DNA from: an uncultured Gammaproteobacteria bacterium
GTDB lineage: Bacteria; Patescibacteriota; Microgenomatia; CAZXEC01
Direction: 5' to 3'
NCBI GenBank assembly: GCA_964639595.1
Contig: CAZXEC010000001.1
Coordinates: 88,111 to 152,110, forward strand
Length of the DNA: 64,000 nt
The notes beneath the pieces were generated by a model. That model was given only the letters and a program-made list of their open reading frames with translations. It was not told the DNA's origin and ran no database searches. Each line of letters starts with the position of its first letter. The stretch's first letter is position 1. Positions 21,027 to 32,037 of this stretch are shown here, piece by piece. A program made the translations under genes and the position numbers.

Positions 21027-21803
21027 ATGCGATCGTATTTATTGATTAAGAAATATCCTAAAAATAGTACAATTGCCCAGAATAATATTCTGACTGCAAA
21101 AATTGTCCCCCTGGCTGTGATGATGATGGGGCTGATGATATTAATCTATGTGGTTTGGCCATTGGTTGTTTATGAAATCAGTTATGCTCCACGCTTCGTG
21201 TCGCCAGAGTTGGCAAGCCCCCTGCAAGATACCAATTCTCCGGCTCAAGTTTTATCGACTCAAAACAAGAACCTGGAGTTTGATAATATTATCAATAATG
21301 TTAACCAGGTAGTACCCCAGAAAGATGATTTGGCAAAATTCTTGAGACCTTTACCAATAGTTGACGGTGTTGAGTCCTTTGTAATCTCCATCCCTAAATT
21401 GAAAATCGGCAGTGCTCAAGTTAATGTTAATGCCCAAACTTTTGATACGGCACTGGCGCACCTGCCGGGATCTGCGCTACCTGGGGAAAGGGGTAATTCG
21501 GTAATAGTTGGTCATTCAGCCTTGCCGCAATTTTTCAACTCTGAAAATTATAAGACTATTTTTTCTACTTTGCCTGATTTGGAAATAGGAGATGAAATCG
21601 TCGCTACTATTGCTGGTACGACTTATCGTTATGCTGTTGAGAAGTCAGAGGTAGTCAAACCCGAACAAATCAGTGCTCTTATTCCTCCTTCCCAAGATCG
21701 TTATTTGACACTTTTGACTTGCGTGCCCCCAGGCCTAAGATCTGACAGACTGTTAGTGAAGGCATCTCTGGTTGGTTTTATTCGTGAGGGTAATAATTTA
21801 TGA
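21027..21803 (+). CDS. Sortase (class D/E-like)
   Basis: N-terminal TM, PGERGNSVIVGHS, LTLLTC..G...RL catalytic motif. Confidence 0.92.
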   Translation: MRSYLLIKKYPKNSTIAQNNILTAKIVPLAVMMMGLMILIYVVWPLVVYEISYAPRFVSPELASPLQDTNSPAQVLSTQNKNLEFDNIINNVNQVVPQKDDLAKFLRPLPIVDGVESFVISIPKLKIGSAQVNVNAQTFDTALAHLPGSALPGERGNSVIVGHSALPQFFNSENYKTIFSTLPDLEIGDEIVATIAGTTYRYAVEKSEVVKPEQISALIPPSQDRYLTLLTCVPPGLRSDRLLVKASLVGFIREGNNL

Positions 21804-22207
21804 TTTTAGGGATAGATTATGGTCGTGCCAAGATTGGTCTGGCTGTGTCAGAAGGAGAAATTGCCAGCCCTTTGGGAGTTATTCAGGCTGCTGCTGGCAC
21901 CTTCTCCTCCGCTTTTGCTAAAATTAAAACCATTTGCGACCAGAATGGAATAGGTAAAATAGTGGTGGGGGTTTCTGAAGGTAAAATGGCCAACGAATCA
22001 AAACAATTCGGTCAAAAGCTGGGGCATTTTTTACAAATAGCAGTAGAATTCGCTGATGAAACACTCTCCACCTACGAGGCCCAAAGGGCCATGATTGAAA
22101 AAGGCAGCAAACTAAAAGACAGAAGAGAGAAAGAAGACGCAATAGCAGCGGCCATCATTTTACAAAACTGGATAGACCAACAAAAAGTTTTACAATCGCC
22201 CAGATGA
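21800..22207 (+). CDS. ruvX: RuvX/YqgF pre-16S rRNA nuclease
   Basis: LGIDYGRAKIGLAVS, DETLST, DAIAAAIILQ. Confidence 0.93.
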   Translation: MILGIDYGRAKIGLAVSEGEIASPLGVIQAAAGTFSSAFAKIKTICDQNGIGKIVVGVSEGKMANESKQFGQKLGHFLQIAVEFADETLSTYEAQRAMIEKGSKLKDRREKEDAIAAAIILQNWIDQQKVLQSPR

Positions 22208-23151
22208 AAAAAACCTTCGTTATTGTAGCGGCTTCTTCATTAGTTGTGTGGTTATCTTTCCAGTTTCTTTTGACAGCCCCTTCTGCTGATAGTGTCAAAG
22301 AAGTATTTGTGATTACTAGGGGCCAATCAGTTGCGCAGGTTGCCAAAGCTCTACAGGCAAAAGGTTTTATTCGTAATGATCTAGTTTTTAAGATTTATGT
22401 TCAAATAGCCGGGCTGTCGAAAAATATTCAAGCTGGAGATTTTAAGTTATCCAAAAACATGTCTGCTGATCAGGTTGCCGAAGAGCTGACGCACGGGTTA
22501 GTCGATGTCTGGGTAACTTTGCTTGAGGGATGGCGAGTTGAAGAAATGGCCCAAAAGTTGCATGAAGAAGTAGGAATTGATGATGAAGAGTTTTTAAAAG
22601 CGGCCAGTGAGGGTTACATGTTTCCTGATACCTATTTGATACCCAGAACTGCCACTGCGGAGCAAGTAGTGAGAATTCTAAGAGATAATTTTGACCAAAA
22701 AACCCAAAGCCTAAAATTAAAACTGGCAACTCGCCGGCTGTCGGAAAAAGATTGGGTAATTTTAGCATCAATTGTGGAAAGGGAATCAAAAGATAAGGGC
22801 GATAACGAAAGGAAAATCATTGCCGGAATCATTTTAAAAAGATTAAAAGCCGGTATGCCCTTGGAAGCGGATGCCACTATTCAGTATGCCCTGGGTTTTG
22901 ACGAGCGAGAAAAAACTTGGTGGAGGAAAGGACTAACAAGTCGAGATTTACAAATAGATTCGCCATATAACACTAGGCAATATGCAGGTTTGACTCCGGG
23001 GCCAATTGCCAATCCCGGTCTGGCCTCGCTGGAAGCAGTAGTCAACCCTATGGAAACTCAATACTGGTTTTATCTTCATGACAAGCAAGGTAATCCGCAT
23101 TATGCCACGACCATTGACGAACACGTCGCCAACATCCGCCGTTATCTCTAA
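22204..23151 (+). CDS. mltG: Endolytic transglycosylase MltG
   Basis: EGYMFPDTY, LASIVERE, SPYNTRQYAGLTPGPIANPG. Confidence 0.95.
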   Translation: MKKTFVIVAASSLVVWLSFQFLLTAPSADSVKEVFVITRGQSVAQVAKALQAKGFIRNDLVFKIYVQIAGLSKNIQAGDFKLSKNMSADQVAEELTHGLVDVWVTLLEGWRVEEMAQKLHEEVGIDDEEFLKAASEGYMFPDTYLIPRTATAEQVVRILRDNFDQKTQSLKLKLATRRLSEKDWVILASIVERESKDKGDNERKIIAGIILKRLKAGMPLEADATIQYALGFDEREKTWWRKGLTSRDLQIDSPYNTRQYAGLTPGPIANPGLASLEAVVNPMETQYWFYLHDKQGNPHYATTIDEHVANIRRYL

Positions 23152-23169
23152 TTAGAAAAAATTTTCTCG

Positions 23170-24120
23170 ATGTACGATACCACCAAGCCCTACAAACAGC
23201 AAATACTGGTAGAAATTAAAAAAACCTGGAGAGGCTCTTTACTGGAAGTTAAAAGTAATATCTATCCAATTTTTTATAAGAAATTCCAAAAACAAGCGGA
23301 GGTTGACCACACAGACGGTATCGGCACCAAGGGTATATACCATTGGCAAAAGAGGACTTTTGCCAATGCGGTTCAAGACGCTTTGGCCATGAATTTGAAT
23401 GATTTAGCCTTGGTGCTGGCCACCCCGTATAAATTACAAAATCATATCATCTTACCTATTGATGACCATAAAGCAATTTTGAGCATCATCAAAGCCTTAT
23501 CAAAACAATGCCAAAGCAGAAAGATTGCACTAACTGGAGGAGAGACTTCCATCCACAACAATAGCATCGGGATGGATATTAGTATGACAGTTTCTGGATT
23601 GATAACCCAAAATTATCAAAATAAGTTTGAAGTGGGGGATATGGTGATTGGTCTTGCTTCTGCCGGTTTGCATGCTAACGGTTTTACCAAAGTGAGACAA
23701 ATTTTTGGATCACATACCAGAGTTGATTTTACCAAACCCACACTAATTTATCATCAGGCGATACTAGCTATTAGTAAAAAATTTCCAATTCATGGCATGA
23801 TGCATATTACTGGTGGAGCTTTTACCAAAATTAAAGATTTGATAAAAAAACAAAATATTTTGATAAATAAAAGTCATAAACTTATACCACAGCCAATATT
23901 CTACCAGCTGTATCACAAAAACATTGCTGATGAGGAGATGTATCAAACTTTTAACTGTGGTATTGGTTTTATACTGTCGGTTGGCAGATTTGATAGCGCC
24001 AAAGTACTGGCCATGTTAAAAAGACAAGGATTTACGGCTGATATTATTGGCCAAATTAAATCTGGGTCTGGGCAAGTGATTATAGAATCCATGTTTTCTG
24101 ACAAAATAGTCACCTACTAG
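23170..24120 (+). CDS. purM: PurM/AIR synthase-family protein (divergent, orphan)
   Basis: TDGIGTK, AMNLND, GGET, GLHANGFT, HITGG, EMYQTFNCGIG. Confidence 0.8.
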   Translation: MYDTTKPYKQQILVEIKKTWRGSLLEVKSNIYPIFYKKFQKQAEVDHTDGIGTKGIYHWQKRTFANAVQDALAMNLNDLALVLATPYKLQNHIILPIDDHKAILSIIKALSKQCQSRKIALTGGETSIHNNSIGMDISMTVSGLITQNYQNKFEVGDMVIGLASAGLHANGFTKVRQIFGSHTRVDFTKPTLIYHQAILAISKKFPIHGMMHITGGAFTKIKDLIKKQNILINKSHKLIPQPIFYQLYHKNIADEEMYQTFNCGIGFILSVGRFDSAKVLAMLKRQGFTADIIGQIKSGSGQVIIESMFSDKIVTY

Positions 24121-24137
24121 ATCAGCCAGGCTTGATC

Positions 24138-24231
24138 TTGACAGGCGGGTCATCTTATGATATAAAATCTATAAGTTTATAGAAAACCTCACCTAACACC
24201 AAGCTAGGTTAGGTTGGTTTTCTGTATTTTT
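24138..24231 (+). promoter_or_regulatory. rpoB promoter and terminator-like leader hairpin
   Basis: TTGACA(24138)-N17-TATAAA with TG; stem ATAGAAAACC..ACCTAAC / GTTAGGT..GGTTTTCTGT followed by T tract. Confidence 0.6.
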
Positions 24232-24269
24232 GTGATCTCTTAGAGGAAATTCACCCGAAAAGTAAGCCA

Positions 24270-27200
24270 ATGCCGCAATTATTTCAGCCTAGAAAATCGA
24301 AAATTGGTAAAACGGATGGGCAAAGTACCAACCGTTTTTTTTGGGGCAAAACTAACCTACCGCTACCACCCTTGAACTTAATTCAAATCCAAAAAGATTC
24401 TTACGTCAGATTCTTAGAAGAAGGCATCAAAGACGTCTTAAATGAGATTTCTCCCATAGAAGACTTTACTGGTAAAAATTGGAGGTTGGAGTTTGGTGAT
24501 TATTCTATTGGTAAGCCTAAGTATACTCCTTTGGCAGCAATGGATAAGGAAGTTACCTATGAACACCCCATTAAAGTTAAAGCTACCTTAACTAATAAAC
24601 AAACAGGAACGTCCCAAACCCAGGAAGTATTCCTGGGTGAAGTTCCCGCCATGACTGCAAGAGGCACTTTTGTGGTTAATGGTATAGAAAGAGTGGTCGT
24701 TAGCCAATTGGTGAGGTCTCCTGGCGTATTTTTTTCAGGCGAAGTTGATCCAATCACTGGTAGAATGCTCTACAGTGCAGAGCTGCGCCCGGTCAGGGGT
24801 TCATGGTTAGAATTTTCTATAAGCCGTCAGGATGTTCTCACAGTGAAAATTGACCGTCGACGTAAATTTGCGGTAACCACCCTACTTAGGGCACTGGGTC
24901 TGTCTACTGATGAGCAAATCGCCAAGATTTTAGGCGAGATTGACACTTATCCTGACCGTCATTATCTAGCCAATACTCTAGCTAAAGACTCTACTAAATC
25001 GCAAAATGAAGCCCTGATGGAAATTTACCGTAAAATGAGGCCAGGAGAACCAGTGGTATTGGATAATGCCAGAGCCTTAATTGAGGCCATGTTTTTTAAT
25101 GCCAGAAGGTATCACTTGGGTAAAGTTGGCCGCTATAAGATTAACAAAAAGTTGGCACTTGATGTTGCCAATACCGAAGAAAATTGGACTATAAAATTAG
25201 ATGATATTATCGTCACGATCAAGTATCTGGTGGGGCTTGCCAACGGTGTGGGAGAGGTTGACGATATTGACCATTTGGCTAATCGTCGGGTCAGGTTGGT
25301 GGGCGAATTAGTACAGCAATTAGCATTTAGAATAGGCATTTTACGCTTAGAGAGAGTTATTAGGGAGAGAATGAGTTTCACACCTCCGGGAAATGAATTA
25401 ACCCCAACCAGTCTAGTCAATGCTCGCCCGGTCATCTCGGTGATTAATGAATTTTTCAGGTCTTCACAATTGTCGGCTATTTTGGATCAGACTAACCCCT
25501 TATCAGAAGTAGATAATTTAAGAAGGTTGTCAGTTATGGGAACAGGTGGTATTACCAGAGAAAGAGCTTCGTTTTCTATTCGTGATATTAACCATTCCCA
25601 ATACGGCAGGATTGATCCGATTAGATCGCCAGAGGGTCCCAATATTGGTTTGGTGACTTATTTAGCGCTGTACGCTCGAGTTAATGACCATGGGTTTTTA
25701 GAGACTCCTTATAGAAAAGTAGAAAAAGTCAAAAAATGGGGCGGAGAGAAATCTCGAGTGACAGATGAGATTGTTTACCTAACGGCAGATGATGAAGAGA
25801 ATTATTATATAACTTATGCTGAAATACAGATAGACGACGAGGGGTTTATCAAAGAAGATCGAGTTCCAGTCAGACATAAGGGGGAGTTTTTTGTCAGCGG
25901 CACTACCAGCGTTGCTTTTGTCGATTTGGTGACCAGGCAGGTGGTAGGAACATCTGCTTCCCTAATTCCATTTTTATCTCATGATGAAGCCAATCGTGCT
26001 TTAATGGGTACTCATATGCAATGTCAAGCCGTGCCGCTGCTGGTACCGAACTCACCAGTGGTTGGTACTGGTATGGAAGGCTTAGTAGCCGAAAGCATGG
26101 GCAGAGTAGTCAGGGCAGAAGATGATGGCAGGGTGACAATAGCTGAAGCCACCAAAGTGCAAATAGAATATGGAACAGGAGCCAAAAAGAAAATGGTGGA
26201 ATATCCAGTTCGTAAATTTGTCAGGACCTCACAAAGTACTTGTTTTTCCCAAAAACCGCAAGTCAAAACTGGCCAAAGAGTCAAAAAAGGAGACTTATTA
26301 GTTGATGGCCCGTCAACACAAGATGGAGAATTGGCTTTAGGTCAGAATTTGACGATTGCTTACATGAGCCATGACGGATTAGGCTATGAAGATGCTATTG
26401 TGATTTCTGATCGCCTAGTCAAACAAGACCTGTTGACTTCCATACACATAGAAGAGTATGAATCTGCAGTAGTTGATACCAAGCTTGGCCCTGAAGAAAT
26501 TACTCGTGATATCCCCAATGTCGGGGAAGAAGCTCTAGCTAACCTTGATGAAAACGGCATTGTGGTAATTGGCGCTCAAGTTAAACCAGGAGACATTTTA
26601 GTTGGGAAAATTGCTCCCAAAGGCGAAACAGAACTGACAGCAGAAGAAAGGCTATTGAGGGCGATTTTCGGAGAAAAAGCTCGGGAAGTTCGCGATACGT
26701 CATTACGTATCCCACACGGAGAAAGAGGGACTGTTATTGACGTCAGGATTCTTGATCGAGAAAAGGGAGACGATCTTGAACCTGGTACTAATAAACTTAT
26801 CAAAGTTAAAGTTGCCCAAATGCGTAAGGTTTTAGTGGGAGATAAATTAGCTGGTCGGCATGGCAACAAAGGTATTATTTCCAAAATAGTCCCTGTTTAT
26901 GATATGCCTTATATGGCAGACGGGACTCCGGTTGATATTATCATTAGTCCATTATCAATTATTTCTCGTATGAATTTAGGGCAACTACTGGAAGCCCATC
27001 TTGGTATCGCTGCTCAAAAATTAGGGTACAAAGTAGCAGTGCCGGTGTTTGAAGAAGCCAATGAGAAAATGATTGTCCAGGAATTAGAAAAAGCCAGTCT
27101 GCCCATATCAGGTAAAACTGTCTTATTTGATGGGAGAACTGGTCAGGCTTTAGAGAACGAAGTAGTAGTTGGCGTGGGTTACATTATGAAGCTTATCCAC

Positions 27201-27707
27201 ATGGTTGAGGATAAGCAACATGCCAGGTCAACTGGTCCATATTCGCTGGTTACTCAACAACCATTAGGAGGAAAAGCTCAAATGGGAGGTCAACGTTTGG
27301 GGGAAATGGAAGTCTGGGCACTAGAGGCGTATGGAGCAGCAGCAGTATTGCAAGAGATGTTAACCATCAAATCAGATGATGTAATAGGCAGGTCTAAGGC
27401 CTTTGAGGCGATTATCAAGGGTGTTGATATCCCTCAAGCCATGGTGCCGGAATCATTCAAAGTACTGGTTAAAGAGCTACAAAGCCTGTGTTTGGATATT
27501 GTACCAATTGGCGCAAAAGTTGCCAGCCAAAAGATCCCCACAGAACAAGAATTAAAACAGGAAGCCAAAGTTGAACAACAAGCCAAAGAGCTGGAACAGG
27601 TTTTAGAAGCAGTCCCGGTTGTTCAAAGCGCGGAGGTTTTAGCACCAGCAGGCTTGATGGAAGTAGAAGAAACGTCATCCGCCCCAGAGGAAGGTCGGGA
27701 GGAATAA
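24270..27707 (+). CDS. rpoB: RNA polymerase beta subunit
   Basis: SPEGPNIGL, GDKLAGRHGNKG, GGQRLGEMEVWALEAYGAA. Confidence 0.99.
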   Translation: MPQLFQPRKSKIGKTDGQSTNRFFWGKTNLPLPPLNLIQIQKDSYVRFLEEGIKDVLNEISPIEDFTGKNWRLEFGDYSIGKPKYTPLAAMDKEVTYEHPIKVKATLTNKQTGTSQTQEVFLGEVPAMTARGTFVVNGIERVVVSQLVRSPGVFFSGEVDPITGRMLYSAELRPVRGSWLEFSISRQDVLTVKIDRRRKFAVTTLLRALGLSTDEQIAKILGEIDTYPDRHYLANTLAKDSTKSQNEALMEIYRKMRPGEPVVLDNARALIEAMFFNARRYHLGKVGRYKINKKLALDVANTEENWTIKLDDIIVTIKYLVGLANGVGEVDDIDHLANRRVRLVGELVQQLAFRIGILRLERVIRERMSFTPPGNELTPTSLVNARPVISVINEFFRSSQLSAILDQTNPLSEVDNLRRLSVMGTGGITRERASFSIRDINHSQYGRIDPIRSPEGPNIGLVTYLALYARVNDHGFLETPYRKVEKVKKWGGEKSRVTDEIVYLTADDEENYYITYAEIQIDDEGFIKEDRVPVRHKGEFFVSGTTSVAFVDLVTRQVVGTSASLIPFLSHDEANRALMGTHMQCQAVPLLVPNSPVVGTGMEGLVAESMGRVVRAEDDGRVTIAEATKVQIEYGTGAKKKMVEYPVRKFVRTSQSTCFSQKPQVKTGQRVKKGDLLVDGPSTQDGELALGQNLTIAYMSHDGLGYEDAIVISDRLVKQDLLTSIHIEEYESAVVDTKLGPEEITRDIPNVGEEALANLDENGIVVIGAQVKPGDILVGKIAPKGETELTAEERLLRAIFGEKAREVRDTSLRIPHGERGTVIDVRILDREKGDDLEPGTNKLIKVKVAQMRKVLVGDKLAGRHGNKGIISKIVPVYDMPYMADGTPVDIIISPLSIISRMNLGQLLEAHLGIAAQKLGYKVAVPVFEEANEKMIVQELEKASLPISGKTVLFDGRTGQALENEVVVGVGYIMKLIHMVEDKQHARSTGPYSLVTQQPLGGKAQMGGQRLGEMEVWALEAYGAAAVLQEMLTIKSDDVIGRSKAFEAIIKGVDIPQAMVPESFKVLVKELQSLCLDIVPIGAKVASQKIPTEQELKQEAKVEQQAKELEQVLEAVPVVQSAEVLAPAGLMEVEETSSAPEEGREE

Positions 27708-27710
27708 ATC

Positions 27711-30700
27711 ATGGATCTAGTAGATTTTGAAGCTTTAAAAATAACTTTAGCATCACCAGAGCAAATTAAATCTTGGTCTCACGGTGAAGTACAAAAACCA
27801 GAGACGATTAACTATCGTACGCTAAAACCTGAAAAGGGTGGATTGTTCGCTGAAGAAATTTTCGGTCCCACCAAAGATTGGGAATGCTATTGCGGTAAAT
27901 ATAAGAGAGTCAGGTATCGTGGTATTGTTTGCGATAAATGTGGAGTTGAAGTAACCCAAAGCAAGGTCCGTCGAGAGAGAATGGGTCATATCACTCTGTC
28001 TGCTCCAGTGGCTCACAATTGGTTTTCCCGCGGAGCCCCATCAAAGATTTCTCTACTCTTGGATATCTCACCCAGGAATTTGGATGCAGTGATTTATTTT
28101 GCTACCTACTTAGTTATTTCAGTCGATGAGACAAAGAAACAAAAAACAATAAAAGATCTAACAGCAGAAGCATTGGATAGAAAAAAAGAATTAATTCAAG
28201 ATGCAGATAAATTGATCAAGAAAGAAGAACAAGACACCAGAGAACAGATTATTAAATTAAAGAAAAACTCAACCAACGGCGATGTTCAGGAATTAAAAAT
28301 CCAAGAATTGGAACTTAGTTCGCGTCAAAGGATTGCCGTTTATCGCGATCAACTGGCTGCTGAACAAACCCGGCTGGAAGAGTTGTACAAAACATTAACT
28401 GATATGGTAGATCGGGTCCAACCGCTGACTATTTTATCGGAAGAGGAGTATTTCAAATTGTCAGAATATGGAGTTGGTAATGTTTTCGAAGTTGGTATGG
28501 GCGCAGAAGCGGTCATGAAGGTGTTAGTTAATTTAGATTTAGGCAAATTGACCCAAAATTTAAGAGGAGAAATCACAAAATCTACTGGCCAAAAACACGT
28601 CAAAGCCATCAAAAGATTAAGAGTGGTTGAGGGTTTGCGTCAGGCAGGGATTCAGCCAAGCTCCATGGTAATTAAAGTTTTACCTGTACTTCCGCCTGAC
28701 CTGCGCCCGATGGTTCAGTTATCCGGTGGCAGGTTTGCTACGTCAGATTTAAATGATTTGTATAGACGAGTAATAAATAGAAATAACAGATTGAAGAGAC
28801 TGATTGAGTTAGGAGCCCCAGAGATTATCTTACGCAACGAAAAAAGGATGTTGCAGGAGGCTGTTGATGCTCTTATTGACTCGGCAGCCAGAGTCAGAGG
28901 TAGAGCTAACCAAAACCAATCTTTGAGGTCTTTGTCAGATATGTTGCGAGGTAAGCAAGGTAGATTCAGACAGAACTTGTTGGGTAAAAGAGTTGACTAC
29001 TCTGGCCGTTCAGTTATTATTGTTGGTCCAGAATTGCGCCTTAATCAGATCGGCTTGCCAAAAGAAATGGCCCTGGAGTTATTTAAACCATTTGTTTTGC
29101 GTGACATTATCTCTGGAGGTTTGGCTCCCAATATGAAGAGCGCCAAGCATGTTTTGGAACGCCGACCACCGGAAGTATTTGATATCTTAGAAAACATCAC
29201 CAGAAACCATCCAGTTCTTGCCAACCGTGCGCCCACGTTACACAGATTAGGAATTCAAGCTTTTTTCCCGGTTCTTATTGAGGGTAATGCCATTAAACTG
29301 CATCCTTGTGTTTGTTCAGGATATAACGCAGATTTTGATGGTGACCAAATGGCGGTGCATGTGCCTTTATCACAAATTGCCCAGCAAGAAGCTGTTGATT
29401 TAATGATGTCAACACAAAACCTACTTCGTCCATCAGACGGCTCACCGATCACCATTCCTGATAAAGAAATGGCTCTGGGATGTTATTTTATGACCACCTT
29501 GATACAAGTTGATAATCCCGTGATGTTTGCCAGTTCAGAAGAAGCAGTATCTGCATATCAGCATGGCAAGATTAATCTGAAAGAACTAATTAAAGTTAGA
29601 TTGGATAATCAAATTGTTGAAACTAATGTTGGTCGATTGCTATTCAATGAATTACTTTTGCCCAAACTGCGATTTTTCAATGAGCCAGTCATAGGTTCCA
29701 GGATCAGGTCCCTTATTACTAAGGGTCTTAATCTATATCATAACGCAGAAATTGCTTTGATGATTGACCGTATCAAAGAGCTTGGCTTTTGGGGTGCCAC
29801 AGTATCTGGATTATCCATGTCAGTGTTTGACAATAAAATTCTTCCGGAGAAACCAGATATTATCAAAGAAGCCAACAGAAAAGTTGAAGGCATAGATCAT
29901 GATTTCCGCCGAGGTCTGATTACTCGAGAAGAAAGACGCCAGCTATCTATTGATGTCTGGATGGAAACTACTGACCAGGTAGCAGTCAAAACATGGGAAT
30001 ATTTAGGAGTTGCCAATCCGGTGAGAATGTTGGTGGAGGCAGGTGCTAGGGGTAGTAGGGAACAGGTTAAGCAATTAGCAGGTATGAGAGGATTGGTTAA
30101 CGACCCAACCGGCCGAATTGTAGAACTGCCTACTATTTCTAATTTTAGGGAAGGTCTATCCATATTTGAATATTTCACCTCAGCCAGGGGTTCTAGGAAA
30201 GGTTTGGCAGATAAGGCCTTGAAGACTTCAGAGTCAGGATATTTAACCAGAAGATTGGTTGATGTGGCGCATGATGTGATTGTCAGACAACAAGATTGTG
30301 GGACTGAAGAAGGTATTTGGATTTCTCGACAAGATCCACGTCAATTCCCCAATCCTAATGTGGCCTTTGTCAGCAGGATTTTGGGGCGAGTAGCGATCAA
30401 TAAAATAGTTGATCCTGGCGCCAAGAAGATTTTAGTCAAAATTGGCGAAGAAATTAACGAAGACAAACTGGAATTGATTCAAAAAGCCCAAGTAGAAAAA
30501 GTAATGGTTAGATCCCCCTTGACTTGCCGGGCCAGATGGGGCATCTGCGCTTTGTGCTATGGACGGGATTTATCAACCAAACAGCTTGTCAAAATTGGTA
30601 CTCCTACAGGAGTTATTGCTGCCCAGTCAATTGGAGAACCAGGAACCCAATTAACCATGAGAACATTCCACTTGGGAGGAATTGTCGGCTTGGATATTAC

Positions 30701-31424
30701 TCAAGGCCTGCCCAGGGTAGAAGAATTATTTGAAGCCAGAATTCCTAAAGCCGTGGCGCCAATTTCTGAGATTGCTGGCAAGATTTCTATTATTGAGACC
30801 CAGGAAGGTATTAAGGTGCGAGTCATATCAACTGTCTCAAAGCCAGCAGAAGAGAGAGAATATGTTATGCCGACTGCCATAGAGTTGGCAGTAGAAGATG
30901 GTCAACAAGTTGCGGCAGGTTCACCACTGGCCAAAGGCCATTTGGATGTCAAACAAATTCTGGAGGTTCAAGGTCTGCGGGCTTCCCAACGCTACATTAT
31001 CGATGAAGCACAACGAGTGTATGAATCGCAAGGTGTGCCAATCAATGATCGGCATTTTGAAGTCATCGTCAAAAAAATGAGTGATAAAGTAAAAATAGAT
31101 CAACCTGGTGATACGATTTTGTTGCCAGGAGAGTTAGTTGACAAAACCAGATTTGCCAGCGAAAATGCTAGAATTTTAGCAGAAGGTGGAGAGCCTGCCA
31201 CAGCCCAGGTTATAATTTTGGGTATTACCAAAGCCGCCATTAATACCGAATCATTTTTGTCAGCAGCATCATTCCAAGAAACCACCAGTGTTCTCACTGA
31301 CGCAGCATCTCAAGGCAGACTGGATCCCTTGCTGGGGTTGAAAGAGAACGTCATTATTGGCAGGTTGATTCCCACCAGTCCTGAAAGAGCCAAAATTGAA
31401 CAAGACACTCCTCCTTTAAACTAA
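27711..31424 (+). CDS. rpoC: RNA polymerase beta' subunit
   Basis: Zn finger [30 protein letters not shown]. Confidence 0.99.
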   Translation: MDLVDFEALKITLASPEQIKSWSHGEVQKPETINYRTLKPEKGGLFAEEIFGPTKDWECYCGKYKRVRYRGIVCDKCGVEVTQSKVRRERMGHITLSAPVAHNWFSRGAPSKISLLLDISPRNLDAVIYFATYLVISVDETKKQKTIKDLTAEALDRKKELIQDADKLIKKEEQDTREQIIKLKKNSTNGDVQELKIQELELSSRQRIAVYRDQLAAEQTRLEELYKTLTDMVDRVQPLTILSEEEYFKLSEYGVGNVFEVGMGAEAVMKVLVNLDLGKLTQNLRGEITKSTGQKHVKAIKRLRVVEGLRQAGIQPSSMVIKVLPVLPPDLRPMVQLSGGRFATSDLNDLYRRVINRNNRLKRLIELGAPEIILRNEKRMLQEAVDALIDSAARVRGRANQNQSLRSLSDMLRGKQGRFRQNLLGKRVDYSGRSVIIVGPELRLNQIGLPKEMALELFKPFVLRDIISGGLAPNMKSAKHVLERRPPEVFDILENITRNHPVLANRAPTLHRLGIQAFFPVLIEGNAIKLHPCVCSGYNADFDGDQMAVHVPLSQIAQQEAVDLMMSTQNLLRPSDGSPITIPDKEMALGCYFMTTLIQVDNPVMFASSEEAVSAYQHGKINLKELIKVRLDNQIVETNVGRLLFNELLLPKLRFFNEPVIGSRIRSLITKGLNLYHNAEIALMIDRIKELGFWGATVSGLSMSVFDNKILPEKPDIIKEANRKVEGIDHDFRRGLITREERRQLSIDVWMETTDQVAVKTWEYLGVANPVRMLVEAGARGSREQVKQLAGMRGLVNDPTGRIVELPTISNFREGLSIFEYFTSARGSRKGLADKALKTSESGYLTRRLVDVAHDVIVRQQDCGTEEGIWISRQDPRQFPNPNVAFVSRILGRVAINKIVDPGAKKILVKIGEEINEDKLELIQKAQVEKVMVRSPLTCRARWGICALCYGRDLSTKQLVKIGTPTGVIAAQSIGEPGTQLTMRTFHLGGIVGLDITQGLPRVEELFEARIPKAVAPISEIAGKISIIETQEGIKVRVISTVSKPAEEREYVMPTAIELAVEDGQQVAAGSPLAKGHLDVKQILEVQGLRASQRYIIDEAQRVYESQGVPINDRHFEVIVKKMSDKVKIDQPGDTILLPGELVDKTRFASENARILAEGGEPATAQVIILGITKAAINTESFLSAASFQETTSVLTDAASQGRLDPLLGLKENVIIGRLIPTSPERAKIEQDTPPLN

Positions 31425-31425
31425 A

Positions 31426-31558
31426 TTGACACCCAGGGCAGGATTTGGGTATAATTTATAGGTAGTCCCAATGCGAAAAGGAGGCGTGCCGATCAAATAA
31501 AAAAAGCCTGAAATTAAAAGGGAGATAGCAAAGGCTCGGCGTGTCGGGCTCTTTTTTT
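31426..31558 (+). promoter_or_regulatory. str operon promoter and attenuator-like leader
   Basis: TTGACA(31426)-N18-TATAAT(31450); hairpin 31533-31550 followed by T7. Confidence 0.6.
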
Positions 31559-31577
31559 GGCAGAAGGTAAAAAATAT

Positions 31578-32018
31578 ATGCCGACAGTTAATCAATTAGT
31601 GAGAAAAGGTAGAAAGCCGCTTATCAAAAAGAGCAGGGCCAAAGCCCTACGCCGTTTTTTTAATACCAAAACTGGTGAATTTAAACAGCTGGTTGCACCC
31701 CAAAAACGGGGCGTGGCAGTTCAAGTCAAAACTACAACTCCCAAAAAACCAAACTCTGCCTTGAGAAAAATTGCCCGAGTGAGGTTATCTAATAAGCAAG
31801 AGGTAACAGCCTACATTCCGGGTATCGGACACAATTTGGCAGAGCATGCTGTACTTTTGGTGAGGGGGGGCAGAGTCAAAGACCTGCCAGGTGTTAAATA
31901 TCATGTTATCCGGGGCACCTATGACACTGCAGGTGTTGCAGGTCGCAGACAAGGCCGGTCCAAATATGGCGCCAAAAAAGAAGCAGGACAAGGGTCAGCC
32001 AGCAGTTCCACTACCTAA
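31578..32018 (+). CDS. rpsL: 30S ribosomal protein S12
   Basis: [30 protein letters not shown]. Confidence 0.99.
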   Translation: MPTVNQLVRKGRKPLIKKSRAKALRRFFNTKTGEFKQLVAPQKRGVAVQVKTTTPKKPNSALRKIARVRLSNKQEVTAYIPGIGHNLAEHAVLLVRGGRVKDLPGVKYHVIRGTYDTAGVAGRRQGRSKYGAKKEAGQGSASSSTT

Positions 32019-32037
32019 AGAATTTTAAGGAAATTTT

